Assembly: GCF_964204645.1 (NCBI RefSeq)
Contig: NC_134036.1
Span: 4,742,600 to 4,806,599 of the forward strand
Length of the DNA stretch: 64,000 nucleotides
Direction of reading: 5' to 3'
Source: Tubulanus polymorphus
Lineage: Eukaryota > Animalia > Nemertea
Shown here: piece by piece, positions 37,701-52,300 of the stretch
How the letters are laid out: every line of letters starts with the position of its first letter
How positions within the stretch are numbered: position 1 is the stretch's first letter
Translations under genes and position numbers: made by a program
The notes under the pieces: generated by a model
Seen by the model: only the letters and a program-made list of their open reading frames with translations
Told to the model about the DNA's origin: nothing
The model's database searches: none

Positions 37701-40700
37701 TTCTATTTTCGTTGTCAATTCTTTCCGTTTCGCAAATGAAACTCGTGTGAACCTCTTCGATTTCGCAGGGGAATCGAACCCAGTTCGCTGATCCTCGTGG
37801 ATTATTCAGTATCATCGCCGTACATGGCATATTGCCGTCATTAATTGGTTGTTTTCTTACAGCAGATATCAGACCTTGAATAACTTCTGGTATCGTGTCG
37901 TTATTTGTAGGTTTATACCACTCTGTGTAGCTCAATGGTTTTCCATCAGTCCACGTGTAACTATTAGTCCCAGGCTGAATTGTAAGATCAGACAACAATT
38001 GAAAAAATTCGACATTTTCTTCGTGAAATAAGATGGAAATAGCCTTTGTATAATCAAAATATTCTAAAAGGTGTATTTTGAATTTACCTGCAGTTTTAAT
38101 CCAATCATCATTATTAGCGCTTTCTGTGAATACGCGTTTAGAAGAAGTTTCGTCGCAAATATTGTTTTGATTGCCATCATTTCCTGTTCTGAGTTGATAC
38201 TGAGTAGATGTCCCGCGTAATTCTGTCTACAATACAATTCAGCATTGTCCCAATTCAGACCTTCATCTCTGGTGTATTTAACGCATGAAATTCCCGAATA
38301 AAGAAATCCTGATTCACAGATATTTTCAAACTGTTTTACCGGTAACGACTGTTCTATTGTGTATTGAATTTGAAATATAGGTATTTTATTTATCACCACT
38401 AAGTTGACACTTCTATCGATAAAACTATGAAATACAAGTCCCGGTATCGCGTTATTATCACATATTTTCTTATTGTGAAGATGTGTTTGACCGGTAGATT
38501 TATCTCTGATCTGTTGTTCTATTACAATCGGGTCGTTGTCATTTCCAGTTTCCTTCTCACATCGTATCATTGTAATATATTTCAATACAAATCTGTAATA
38601 TTGATACAGTCCCCTAGGCCTGAAACTGAAAATACATTTGAATGTTCTTATGGTGGTTGTTTGTAATCCCGGGTAGTCTGGTGATTGAACGATTCCACAA
38701 TTGTCATCTGGTGGTTCCTGGTCGATGAACCCTGAATAAGTCTTTACCCTTTGACATTTACGTCGTAGTTTAACGAATAATGGATAGATCCAGAATAAAT
38801 TCGCCCTTGTTATTTTCACAATGTTTAATACGAGACCGTTACTGAGAAACTGACTCCTCAATATCAGAAACCTGCTACAATATCCGTACAATAGGTGATC
38901 CTGAAGACATCGGTCTATTTGATATTCGTGTTCTGATAATATATTAATATTTCTCAAAGGAAGGCGTCGGTTTTCGGGTGTAATCACGAGACAGTGTGAC
39001 GTCATATTGATCTGACTTTCTCCTTCCTTGAAAACATACCCGTCACAGTCGGTAGGACGCAATCTGAGATATGATTCCTCATCGACTGATGTTATTCCAC
39101 CATCCCAGTTATAAGCGTATCCTACTACAGTTACCGATCCACCTGATGTAATCAAACTGCCGACATTTCGGTCGCTCGGGCCACGTAAACGAGGACAATA
39201 CGGACCGTATCGTCTAGCCGTGAAATTACCACCGTCGAATATGTAAAATCCAGTTCGCTCGCAGTTCTCTGATAAAACTGCTAGTTCCATATTCTCTTCA
39301 TAAATATCAACTTTCCATTTATACTCGTATCTTGTGACGTAGTAATTCACGATGATCTCCTTTCGTCTTTGAAACAGGTTAGAAGGATGCAAAAACCACG
39401 ATCTTTTGATTACCTAAACATAGGTTAGCAAATATTAAGATAATCCTGACACTTTTTTAAACTTAAATGATTTCGATATAGGATAGAATAATTCCACAGC
39501 TGTTACTCACCCAACCGTTGTATACCTTCACGTCGTCTATCGAAAGAGACTGCGTTTTATACTTAATTTCAAACCTCACATCATCGGGAACTGTTTCTTT
39601 CAAAATGCACAGTACGACGAGAAAGCCGTCAGATTTGACACTCAGCGATTCCAGGTAGTTGTAACCGAGTAAAATATCAGTTCCCACAACGCGTAACCCT
39701 TCTAGTTTATATAGACCGATGACGTCACTTGATGAAGCGAGATCACTTCGTGTCCAGTTGAAGACGACGTACTGTAACACCTGCACTGTGATAGACCAGC
39801 AGTGTAAGTGTTTCGATCGAGTTATTACGTGTAAACTGTTGTCATCGGGAATGAGCACTCCCGACTCGTTATTAGAGATCTGAACCAGCGAATTAGACAC
39901 GTTCCAATCTGATATTCTGTAAATCTGGACTAAAAGCTGTGACTCAAACATCAGCGAAAACGGCAGAGAGATGACGGCTTTATTTGTTTTGGTGTAAAAT
40001 GATGACGGTGGATGTCCGGATTGTTCACGTATTGAACCTATAGGTTTACCTTTGGCCTTCAATCCGTCGTGGATTACAATAGGCATTGACTGAATTCGGA
40101 CATCAGACTTATATATTAACTGAATGAATGTGATATTCATCGCATAGCCGTTTGAAATTTCCGTCCATTCCACAAACAACTGGCATCTAAGACGTAATTT
40201 CATGTAGAACTTATAACCAATCGATGTTGGTAGATTTCTCAATTCTGGAGGGAGGTATCTGCAGTCGGGTCTGATTCTCAATCGGCTTCGTTCATAACGA
40301 TATATGATATAAACGCGACTACCTCGCGCACCATCGACGTTACTTCTAAACATCAACGAGATCGAATCGTTACGGCGGATTTCATGTTTTTCATCACCGC
40401 ACAATCTGATATCAGACTCATGGACGAGAAGGTAGTTATCACCACAGAATATTGACAGCTCGATATCATGGTAAACTTGGACGTGAAAAGTTCCCGGTAA
40501 AGAGCTGTTGATGAACCAACGACATTCAACACCGCGCGTTAACGACGGGTAATTCGGTGAAACGATGTAACCGGACGTAGCATCTAGTGGGTACCACGTG
40601 TCGTTACAGTACGAACTTACCGTCACAGACGATTCATCAATAGAGTCTGCGCGATCAGCGCGTGCGATGCGAACTCGACAGACGATCAGCCATGCTATAA

Positions 40701-40737
40701 ACAGCGCTCTCAGTCGCTGCTCCATACCGAACAACAT
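34726..40737 (-). CDS. GRL101-like CUB-CTL-LDLa-LRR GPCR, copy 3 (~1,933 aa); exons 40737-39511, 39413-38088, 37974-34726
   Basis: Phase-0 GT-AG introns 39510-39414 (97 nt) and 38087-37975 (113 nt). An alternative in-frame ATG lies at 40791. Confidence 0.9.
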
Positions 40738-43700
40738 CAACACGACACAACGTTGAAATTCATTCACGATACAAATTCGAATTTCAATCATTTATATGTT
40801 GTTCGTATTAGTTTCTATCTTGGAGTTCACTCCACAAATGATGCAAAATCTGAAAGTTTTACGCTTCCCAGTAATCACGACAGATCTGTGCAGCAATTTC
40901 CAATATCACAGTTGGTTTTTTGCTACGCGCAGTAAATATCCATGTCCAATTATATATAAAAACGTTATAATATTTTCGTGTCGTTCGTTTAAATATTTAT
41001 TTTCTAAATTAAAGTTTTCGTACGTGCTTAGAAATTAGATTTTCATCGTTCTGGCCGCATACGGACAACCGACGTAATATAACGTCTTGAATCGTTATGA
41101 AATCCCAGTACATACGTTTCAAGTTGTTTGTTTCTCTTGAAATATAGATTGTTGTTCTTATTCACTCGATTCGTTAGTTTGTCTTAATGCGTATTTCATT
41201 TAGGTTCCAAAAACCGATTCTAGTACAGCTACGAAAACTTGATACATGGCAGCGATGTGTGAAATTCCTATCAAAGATTCAATGATGCAACACCTCGAGG
41301 TTTTAGCTTCTTTTTTGTTCCGAATGGATCACACTCGGTGGCCTAATTATTTTTATCCCCGCCTTAAGGATCGTAATCCTCTTGTCACCTCGGTCGTTTG
41401 AATTCTTCTTTTTTTTCAGGAAAGGCTCGTCGCTTTTCGACTTTATCTTAAAGCTTACACTTTTGGACGAATATACGAAGTTAGATTATGTATATTATAA
41501 TTTCTTCTGAACAGCTCGATATCTTTATTGTATCTTTTTTTTTAGTAAAGTGCGGTGATTTATTTTAAGTACTACTGCGGTTCTTTAAGAAAGAAAAAAA
41601 GAATAATCATTATTACATTATTTTCAGTTGTTCCTGTCATAATCTAACCTAATCATTTCGGTTCACTTAGATAGCTTCCTATTTCGTTATTACACATTCC
41701 TCGTATAATTCGGCGATGTCCCCCTAGGACATGAATGGACGATACTACGATTTAGTATATTGAACATGTGGTTTTCTATTGGCTTTATTAATGACAGTTA
41801 AAATTGACAATGAAAATCCCTTTTATTTTGCACGAAATTCTACGATGAATTTTCACAACGAATACTGAGTAGGAAGAAAAAGTCATACGTTTCATTTACA
41901 ATTAACGGGGACCTGGAGCCGGTTTCACTGAAATCATTCGTTCAATCGCTACTGGCAAATTCATGTTTTCAATGTGGACATCAACTTAAACTAAAACTTT
42001 TTTTTTTTTTCATGAAAATTATTCCTGACTCGCTAGAGAAATGTCATACATTTAAACCATTACCATTTCAACAGAATATAGTCATTACGTCACGCGGCGA
42101 GGAAGACTATCAAGGCCACAATATTGTCACAGAAAAAAATGTTTAGGTAGAAGAAAGTTGAACAAGGTTATTGTGCAGTCTTTCGTAACAATAGCTACTG
42201 ATATTAAGAACATCCGATCAAAAGTTAGAACCGAGTTCCACATGCGTAATTTAAGACTTGATTCGCTAAATAATTCATTAGTTGATGAACTTATTTCAAC
42301 TGAATTCATTATCCAGTTTCATACTTGCGAATTGAGTTAACTTTTATTCAAAGCAAATAGAACTGGGATCCAGCATTTGCTACTGTAGCCATTCTGTCAT
42401 GCAAATTTAGAAAATATCTACATTTTCCATAGAAAAGTGGCTGTTCAACTTTTTAGAAGTAATTGACTCATTCGACCCTGAGATAAAACATTGTAGTTTT
42501 CTAAGAATAACCAACTTGTGTTTATACTATGCCTATATCATAAGTTGCTCTAGCCAGTTCTTGCTAGTTCCGCCTGGATTTTTTTCCTATCATCAGTTCT
42601 AGGCAAGGTTGATTAGATTATATTAGAGTTACGGATAGGACATCGCGCTTTATCGCCCTAGCCTAAAGATAATCGTGATTTCATCGATAGAGACACGAAA
42701 CACCTCGTCTCTGACATGTGATACAAAAATCAGTATAACCGATAGATGTCAATACCGTCACCGACAAGTGATAGAAATAGAATAATAGCCGCGGTCCACA
42801 CTACTACACAAACTTCTACAAAACTACTACTACTGCCGCCCTACTGTTACGAGTAAAAAATAAAAACAAAAAACAAAACAAATGCCCCGCTTAGAACGAA
42901 ATAGATAGAAAATCTCTCCCTAAGCCGATACCCCCGGCGCGTGGATCTGCAGCCGAGTCCAGTTGCTCAGCCGCGGCTAAAAGTCCGAAAGTGGTCTTGA
43001 ATCCCAAAGCTGGTCTCAAATTGTTTAGTTCGGCTATATTAGAAGGTTTGTCTTAAACTGGTATTTAATTCAAGCTATGATTATTAATTAGGAATTATAA
43101 GTAGGTATCGTATTTCAGCGAGTTTCCTCGGTTCTGACTATACTGCCTACACAGTACTTCCGCGGGGACACATCTCTAGTTTATTGACGTGTATACAACA
43201 GTATATTCATGATAATCGAAGAAATCCCACTCTTTCTATATTCTACATAGAATATATCTAGAATTCTATGTGATAAGATTTATCATTTTGAAACTATAAA
43301 ATTTGAGTGGTTTCAAAATGATAATTTTCATCGTGTGAAATTCGAATTGTGGAACTTCTCCAATTTATCTACAGTGTACACGGATTAGAGGGTTTCTACT
43401 TTTGACTACAAATATATTTACGAGTCTGGGACGAGGGAGCGACAAGTCAGACCGCCTCTACAGCCCGCGGCCAACATTCAGTGCGTAAAGCAACAACGAG
43501 GAATAAAGTTATGTTATTGACTTACATGACATTTTTCAGTTCCAGTCATTATCGTCGTAGTCCTCTTCGTTATTACCAGTCTCACGAACGACGTACGCGA
43601 AACTGCATTCTAAAAAAATGAGAACAACTACAATTTTACATTACTTGCAACAAAAACAAAACAATCTTTGGTTGATTTCAGTGACATTGATTTATTCTCA

Positions 43701-43906
43701 TTACTTGCTTACTGCACTGAATTATAATTATGATTATGATTATGATTATGATTATGATTATGATTATGATTATGATTATGATTATGATTATGATTATGAT
43801 TATGATTATGATTATGATTATGATTATGATTATGATTATGATTATGATTATGATTATGATTATGATTATGATTATGATTATGATTATGATTATGATTATG
43901 ATTATG

Positions 43907-43938
<32 letters not shown>

Positions 43939-44041
43939 CATTATCATTATCATTATCATTATCATTATAATTATAATTATCATTATCATTATCATTATCA
44001 TTATCATTATCATTATCATTATCATTATCATTATCATTATC

Positions 44042-44106
<65 letters not shown>

Positions 44107-44182
44107 TATTACTATTACTATTACTATTACTATTACTATTACTATTACTATGATTATGATTATGATTATGATTATGATTATG

Positions 44183-44229
<47 letters not shown>

Positions 44230-44534
44230 CAACAGACGAGTCTGAAAGATCCTCGGACGCTCCGGCTGCGATAGAACAGAAACTGTATTCGTTTGTTACC
44301 ATTAACAATAAAGTTAGAAAGGTAGGTCCTAATGGTATCGGTGACATCGTAATACGCCCCTGAGGATTGCTATATTAATTTTTTACAGATCATAAGATCC
44401 GAGGCGTCCTGAATCAATTTACGATAATGGTTTGACAGTTCATAGCTACGTTATACGATCATTAAGCCGTCCGTATGAATCGCCTAACTATTCCGACATA
44501 GGAAAAGTTTCTGACAAGCGGTTTGAGAGTATTC
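39590..44534. repeat. Second copy of the recent segmental duplication (partner of ~25850-30297)
   Basis: Near-identical sequence, with a ~185-bp extra segment at ~41483-41667 and an expanded microsatellite. Confidence 0.9.
43721..44230. repeat. Compound microsatellite (ATTATG)n-(ATTATC)n-(ATT)n-(ATTACT)n-(ATTATG)n-(ATT)n
   Basis: Read directly from the sequence. Confidence 0.97.
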
Positions 44535-46388
44535 TTTTTAGATTAATATTCCACGCGTGCTTTGAACATATATTTCCAACGTTTTGCATTTGGACAACCG
44601 ACGAAATGAACCGTTTCGAATACTTGTAACGTTGGAGTATATACAGTTAAATGATAACTTATCGATCTTGAAATGTACATGGCCTTTCTGATTCCTACAA
44701 TTGTTTGCGTTCCTCAACTCAACAGTCAAACCTGCTGGGAATGAAACGCTGGGTTTGATTTTGAAATATTGGAAATCGATCGTTGAAATGTAGCCAGTGG
44801 TAGGTGAAATTCGCAGTATTGTGTGTCTATAAACCGAAATACTTCAATTTCGGTGTAAACACTTTTGCATGTACCGGTTCACATCGAGATATGGTAATAC
44901 TAAGGGTCGAGTTAATTAACCGGACTGACGTACTTTCGTTGCAACTTCGATAAAATCGTGACATCGAAATCGATTTTTATCGGCGCACGAAAACTGTCCG
45001 TAGCGGTTCAACTATGACGGCAGAGAACTTCGAGAAAGATTTGTTTCAATACCGACAAATTATGAGTACACCTATGAATACTTGAATCGATGTTAGAAAC
45101 TCGACTCAACGTTATTGAACTTGGCGGTTCACCGAACAATTATTATCTATTATCCCTGCCTTCTAAAAATCGTGATTCTTTTTTTCAGTTTGATCACTTT
45201 GTATAAGTTTACTTTTCAGGGAAAGCCCCCGTCTGTTGATGGTTTTAGGCGTTGTAATCGAACTCACCTTTCTAGAAGAATTTACGTATTTGAACTACAG
45301 CTGTTTCTGCCGACTTTGTATCTCAGTGTATTTATTGTATCTTATATTAATATTTCGCGTGAAGAGCCACGATTGATTTGCATTAGCACGGTGCTCTAAA
45401 AAAACTATTAATGCTATTAAATAATTATCAACGTTAATTATTGTTACTAAATAATCATGATTAATTAAGTAGCTGTTAAAATCTAATCTAAATTTCAATT
45501 CTATCTTAAGCCTCATATTCACAATTGTACTATTCGCATACTATTCGATAATTTGTTCACGATCGAATATTTGTTTGGCAGTTCATCGATACCAGTAATT
45601 AAAATCTTTTTTATTTTGTAGATATAACTACAAAGATATTTAACATCGAATATTAAGCGTATCCAAAAAATATTATTTTGTAATAGAAGTACTATTCGTT
45701 TCGAATGAACGCTCAATAGAATCATTTTGATAGCTTATGATTATCGTTGAAAGACACGGGTCAGCCACTAGACGACCAGATATAATGATTGTAGCTTGCG
45801 TGTGAACAAGAGATTTATACGAAATAGTCATTGATAACGTCCCTTCATAACTATTACTAAGTCATAATTCATAATATTTTCATCGAACTTGATGTATCAT
45901 CTTGACGTATTGTTTTAACGTCGCGTGAACGGAACGAATAATGAATTCAAAACGCGACATTTATTCTAAATTTGCTATATCAATAATGCAAAGATATGAA
46001 TAATTGAATCCTGATTATTTCAAAGGTGATGATTCCATTTTTTGTATTAACCAATTATTTCATCTGACAATCTCGCATTCTTTTTTCTCGGACGATTCCA
46101 AAAACAATTTTCTGTTCCATATTACCACGTGTTGTAAATACACATGTCTGATTGCATTTTGAAAAACGTCCTGATATTTTCACTTCGTTTGCACAGGTTT
46201 TCGAAAAATTCATATTCAATATGACATTTGAATACTTTCTACAGCCATGTCTTGAGAACACGCGATTTTAAATGAAATATGTATGCTATGGATTCCATAA
46301 GGGCCCGAAAAAAAATTATTTCAGGGTATATCATTTTGTCATCTAGATAATTAGGCCAGATGAACGCGCTTCAAACTGTGAGAACCAT

Positions 46389-49300
46389 TTAATGTCGTGC
46401 GCGTTTAGTTTTTGCTCGTATGGATTTCATATCGATTGTCAGTATGGTGTAAAGAAGGGGATTGAGGGACGAGTTGATCGGTAAGAAAAGAACCGCCAGC
46501 CAAGCCGCCACCTGATTCGGTATTTCTACCCGTAATACCGCGCAAAACTGAACGATAATTAACGGCAGCCAGCAAAATATATTACACAGATTTATCACCA
46601 AACTCCTACGTGCCAAAATAAGTTCGGTAGGATCAGCTCTACCCGAACCGGACCTGCTTCCAGATACGAGTCTGTACATTTGCGCATAAGTCACCATTAT
46701 TGTAGCAAGTATGAATGAGTTAAACACGGCAAAAATAGCGAATGAATATTGCCAGGCGTTGACATCAATTGAAATCAAATTCATAGGTAAACAAACTCCA
46801 GCTGAGCCGTAGAATTTGTTCCCGAAGTAAGATGATTGTGACAGCGGTATTATGGAAATAGTAGTAATTGATAACCAACATACGCAACAAATTATTGATA
46901 CATATCTCGAAGATGTAATCGGGCTTCCAGAAAATGGATTAACGATATTCGAAAATCTATGACGGGTTAGAATAAATAGAAACGTCAATGAGCCTTCACA
47001 AGAAATAGTGACCGTAACTCCGGCGAAACTACACAATGAACTTTCCGTCCAAGTTTCAGCGTTTAGAAAATAAACTCCTTTATAAATGTAATCTGCACCC
47101 GCGATCAAAAACAAATAAATCGACATCAGAAAATCACAAGCTGCGATGTTGATGATGAGGATGTCAGAAGATTTGTTCCGATTTTCGGAGGATGAAAGTC
47201 GAATTGATCGAAGACGAAATAAAATGACGCCACTGTTCGCGAAAAAACTGAACGCAGCGATGACCCAGATGATAGCTCTGAGGACTGTGTTACCCACCAG
47301 ATCAGAACAAGAGGAAAATTGATCGGCTTCGGGAAGGCACGTGTCAACATTCGGAGCCATGCAGCAAAATTTGTAAGCATCAGACGCTAGCGAGACCAAT
47401 GATGTCAGATTGTCAAAAAGGCCTCTTTGTGTAGAAATGAATTTAGAGTTGTTGGTTATATCGAGAATTCTGAGTTCATTCAATCCTGAAAACGCATATC
47501 GTGAAATATGATGGACTCTGTTACTGCTGATATTTAGCGACCGTAATGTAGATAAACCTCTAAATACATTTCTATCAAGCAGCAATAGCGAAAGGCCTTG
47601 AAGGTCGAGAATTTTGAGTGCCAATAAATCTTGGAAGGCGTCGTCCTCTAAATGACGTAGTGGATTTGCAGAAATCAATAAGTGTTTCAAATTATACAAA
47701 CCTGTGAATGTATTTGTAGATAATGATGTTATGTTGTTGTATGTCAGGTCTAATGTATGTAGATTATGCAGGTTTGTGAATGAGTTCGGTAAAATGTAAG
47801 ATAATTCATTGAAGGTGATGTTGAGAATTCGAAGATAAACGAATGTAGAAAACGTCGACTCATTTAAACGAACTTCGTTATTCGACAGAACTAAAACTCG
47901 AGTTGATGCCGAGAAAAGACCAGTAATATCTTTTATACCAGCATTACCGCAATCCATTAATTGACCTTGGCATTTACAGCCAGTAGGACACGTGACATTA
48001 CAGAAAGCCTCGTCATCAGTTGTATGTCTACAATTTACGAAACCATCACAAACTTCAGATTGTGGAATACACCGATTTTCCTGGCCACATTTAAACATTC
48101 CCGGACATGAAAATGTCTCGCAGTTTTGTTCATCTTCTGAATTAGGACAATCTGATTGACCATCGCATACCTGTCTGATCGGTATACAGTACGATGCAGG
48201 ACATTTTACAGTACCAGCTGGACATTCAAATTCTTCACATCTCAATACGTGCTCAAGATTTCTACAAACTGGGAAACCATTTGTCATTCTTTCAAGAATA
48301 CATCTGTGACGTCTTGAATAACAATGAGGAGAATTGAAAGAACATCTTTGTCCATCATATTCTACACAAAGATTTGTGAAATTAGTCGTGCAGTGGTTTT
48401 TATTATTACAAAGAACAGTAGGATTCACTGTAACATTAGTAGTTGTAACTAATTCATCTTCTTCAAGGCTTCCACTACAATCCACGACACCATCCTGATA
48501 CAACTGCCAACTGATACACTCTCCACTGTTACACAGGAACCCCTGGCACATTTTAGTAGTGCATCCCATTTCATCGGAGCTATCTCTACAATTATTAACA
48601 CCGTCACATCTATTAAAGCTACTGACACATTGACCACTTTTACAGCGAAATTGTTCGGACAAACACGGGGGATGAAAACACGAGTTCTCATCTGAACCAT
48701 CAACACAATCCTGTATGAAATCACAAAAACCACTTATTGATATAACACGACCATCATCGCATTGAAACTGACTGTGTAAATCGATATCCGTACAATTGAG
48801 TTCATCTTCACCGTGTTGACAGTCGTGTCTGCTATCACATACGCGATGGTCGCTGATACATCTTTGATCGTTACATTTAAACTGCCACGATTTACAACCG
48901 CTTATAGAAGCTAACTCTTCGTCAGTTACATTGTACGAACACAGAACAGAATGCGCAGTATCTGTCGCATTATCAAAATGTTTCATCGTCCATTTAACTG
49001 ATTGAATATAAGTAATTTCATCTCTAGTGATCATTGGGTTTATAACTTGCAGTCTGTCATTAAAAGCTATCGTTAGTATAGAGCTATATTGATGTTGAAA
49101 GTGAAATAATGTTATTAGGTTCAACGTTTCATTTTCTGTGAATCTGTTTATCGTGCCTCTTACGGCCCCGATGCTATCACACATCTCTGTCGCAGCTGTT
49201 GTATCTAAACTACGATGTTTGTTCCAGTCAGTCAGTATTTGATAGCAGATCTTTTCCATGCTTACCCAACCAATCGTGCAGCTGGAGCCATTGAAAACAG

Positions 49301-52300
49301 TGTCATGAACCGTTTTTTCCCGTACTAGAATTGTGTCGTTTTTTGGTTGCATTAAACATTGCAACTTTTGCATTTGTTAAGTCGGTTCTATCCGTTTCAC
49401 AAATGAAACTCGTGTGAACCTCTTCGAGTTCGCAGGGGAATCGAACCCAGTTCGCTGATCCTCGTGGATTATTCAGTATCATCGCTGTACACGCCATATT
49501 GACGTCATTTATCGGTTGTTTTCTGAGAGGAGGTATCAATCCTTGAATAACGTCTGGTATCGTGTCGTTATTTGTACGTTTATACCACTCTGTGTAGCTC
49601 AATGGTTTTCCATCAGTCCACGAGTAATAAACAGATGTAACCTGAAAATTGAAGGTTGCAAATATATGATCAAAAGATTTCATCACAATCCTATGAAATA
49701 ATACATTAATGAGGTTACAAAATTTACCTCCAGTTTTAATCCGATCATCATTATGAGCGCTTTTTGTGAATACGCCTGTCGGAGAAGTTCAGTTGCGAAT
49801 AATCGCTTAATAGCCATCATTTCCTGTTCTGAGTTGATACTGAGTAGATGTCCCGCGTACTTCTGTCTACAATACAGTTCAGCATTCTCCCAATTCAGAC
49901 GTTCATCTCTGATGTATTTTACGCAAGAAATTCCCGAATCTAGAAATCCCGATTTACAGACATTTTCAAACTGTTTTATCGGTAACGACTGTTCTAATGT
50001 GTATTGTATTTGAAATGTAGGTATACGATGTTTTGCCTCAAAGAAGAGATCGTAATCAATAAAACTGTAAAGTACAAGTCCCGGTATCGCGTTAATGTCA
50101 CATATTCTCTTTTCGTGTTGATGGTTTTGGCCACTCAATTCACCGTTGATGCTTTGTTTTATCACAATCGGGTCCTCGTCCTGCGGAATTGATTTTTCGC
50201 AACGCATCTTTGCAACGTATTTCAAAATGAATCTGTAATATCGACTTAGCACCGCGGTGTTACTTCCAAAACTATATCTTAATATTTCTGCGGTGTATTC
50301 CGCCGTGCCTGGGTAGTTTGGTGACTGCATAATACCGCAGCTATCATTCGGTGGTTCCTGGTTATTACGCCCGCCGACTGTGGCTATCTTCGATCGTTGA
50401 CATTTACGTCGCAGTTTCACCAATAGCGGATTAAACCAGAATGGATTCGAGAACTGTATTTTCACAGTATTCAAAAGGACACTGTTATCTAGTGACTTAC
50501 TACTCAACGTCAGATACCTGCTACAAGATCCGAATGATATAGAATCCTGAAAACATCGGTCAATTTGATATTCGTGTTCTGATAATATGTAAATGTTCTT
50601 CAAAGGAAGGCGTCGGTTTTCGGAGGTAATCACGAGACAATGTGACGTCATATTGACCTGACGTGTTCCCTCCTTTAAAACGTACCCGTCACAGTCGGTA
50701 GGATGTAATCTGAGATATGATTCCTCATCGACTGTTAACTGACCCTCCCAGTTATAAGCGTATGCCACTACAGTAACAGATCCACCTGATGTAATCAGAC
50801 TGACCACGTTACGGTTGTATGTCCATAAACGAGGACAATACGGACCGTATCGTCTAGCCGTGAAATTACCACCGTCGTATATGTAAAATCCCGCTCGCTC
50901 GCAGTTCTCTGATAAAACTGTTAGTTCCATATTCTCTTCATAAATATCAACTTTCCATTTAAACTCGTATCTAGTGACGCGATAATTCACCGAGACTTTA
51001 TTTCGTTTTGGGAACAGCGAGTGGGGAATCATAAACCACATTTTGTTCACAGACACCTAAACATAAGTTAGCCATTATTACGTACAAAATTTTGCATATT
51101 CTTTATCATTTTCGATTAACTCAAATTTGTAACTCACCGGACGGTTGAGGATCTTCATTTCTTCGATCGAAATCGATTCGATTCTGAAATTTGTTTCAAA
51201 TCTTATATCGCCGTGAACCGTCACTTTCAAAACGCACAGTATGACGAGAAATCCGTCAGATTTTACACTATGCGATTCCAGGTAGTTGTTACCGAGTAAA
51301 ATATCAGTTCCCACAACGCGTAACCCTTCTAGTTTATATACACCGATGACGTCACCAGCTGTGACGAGATCACGTGTCCAGTTGAAGACGACGTACTGTA
51401 ACACCTGCACTGTGATAGACCAGCAGTGTAAGTGTTTTGATCGAGTTATTACGTGTAAACTGTTGTCATCGGAAATGAGCACTCCCGATTCGTTATTAGA
51501 GATCTGAATCAACGGATTAGATACATTCCAATCTGATATCTTATAAACCTGAACTAAAAGCTGCGACTGAAATCGCACTCGACGATAAAGCAATGATATG
51601 ACGGCTTTGTTTGTTTTAGTATAAAATGATGAAGGTGGATGACCGGTTTGTTCTCGTATAAGGCCTATAGGTTCACTGCTGGTGTTCCATCCGTCGTGGA
51701 TTTTAACAGTCATCCCTGGATCAGCACCTGGTATTACTTCCAATTTCAACTTGCTTAAAGTCAAGTTTATACCAAAACCATCCGGTATCCCGATCCAGTC
51801 CAAAAACAATTTACACGTTGGCAAGTAGCTTAAATGATATTTATATCCTATCGATGTTTGTAATTCGTTCAATCCGCGATATTTGTGGCAATCGTGACTA
51901 ATTGACAAACGATTTCGTTCATAACGATATATGACATGAACCCGACTACCTCGTGCACCATCGACGTTACTTCTAAACATCAACGAGATCGAGTCGTCAC
52001 GGCGGATTTCATGTTTTCCATCACCGCAGAATCTGTTATCAGACTCGTAGACGAGAAGGTAGTTATCACTACAGAATATTGACGGCTCGATATCGTGGTA
52101 AACTTGGACGTGAAAAGTTCCCGGTAAAGAGCTGTTGATGAACCAACGACATTCAACACCGTGCGTTAACGAAGGGTAATTCGGTGAAACGATGTAACCG
52201 GACGCAGAATCTAGTGGGTACCACGTGTAATTACAAGACGAACTTACCGTCACAGACGATTCCTCGATAGAGTCTGCGCGATCAGCGCACGCGATGCGAA

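Noticed and set aside
43618-44347. Four ORFs of 171-218 aa (poly-YD, IM, NH)
   Set aside because: These are stop-free translations of the ATT-based microsatellite with no coding signal.
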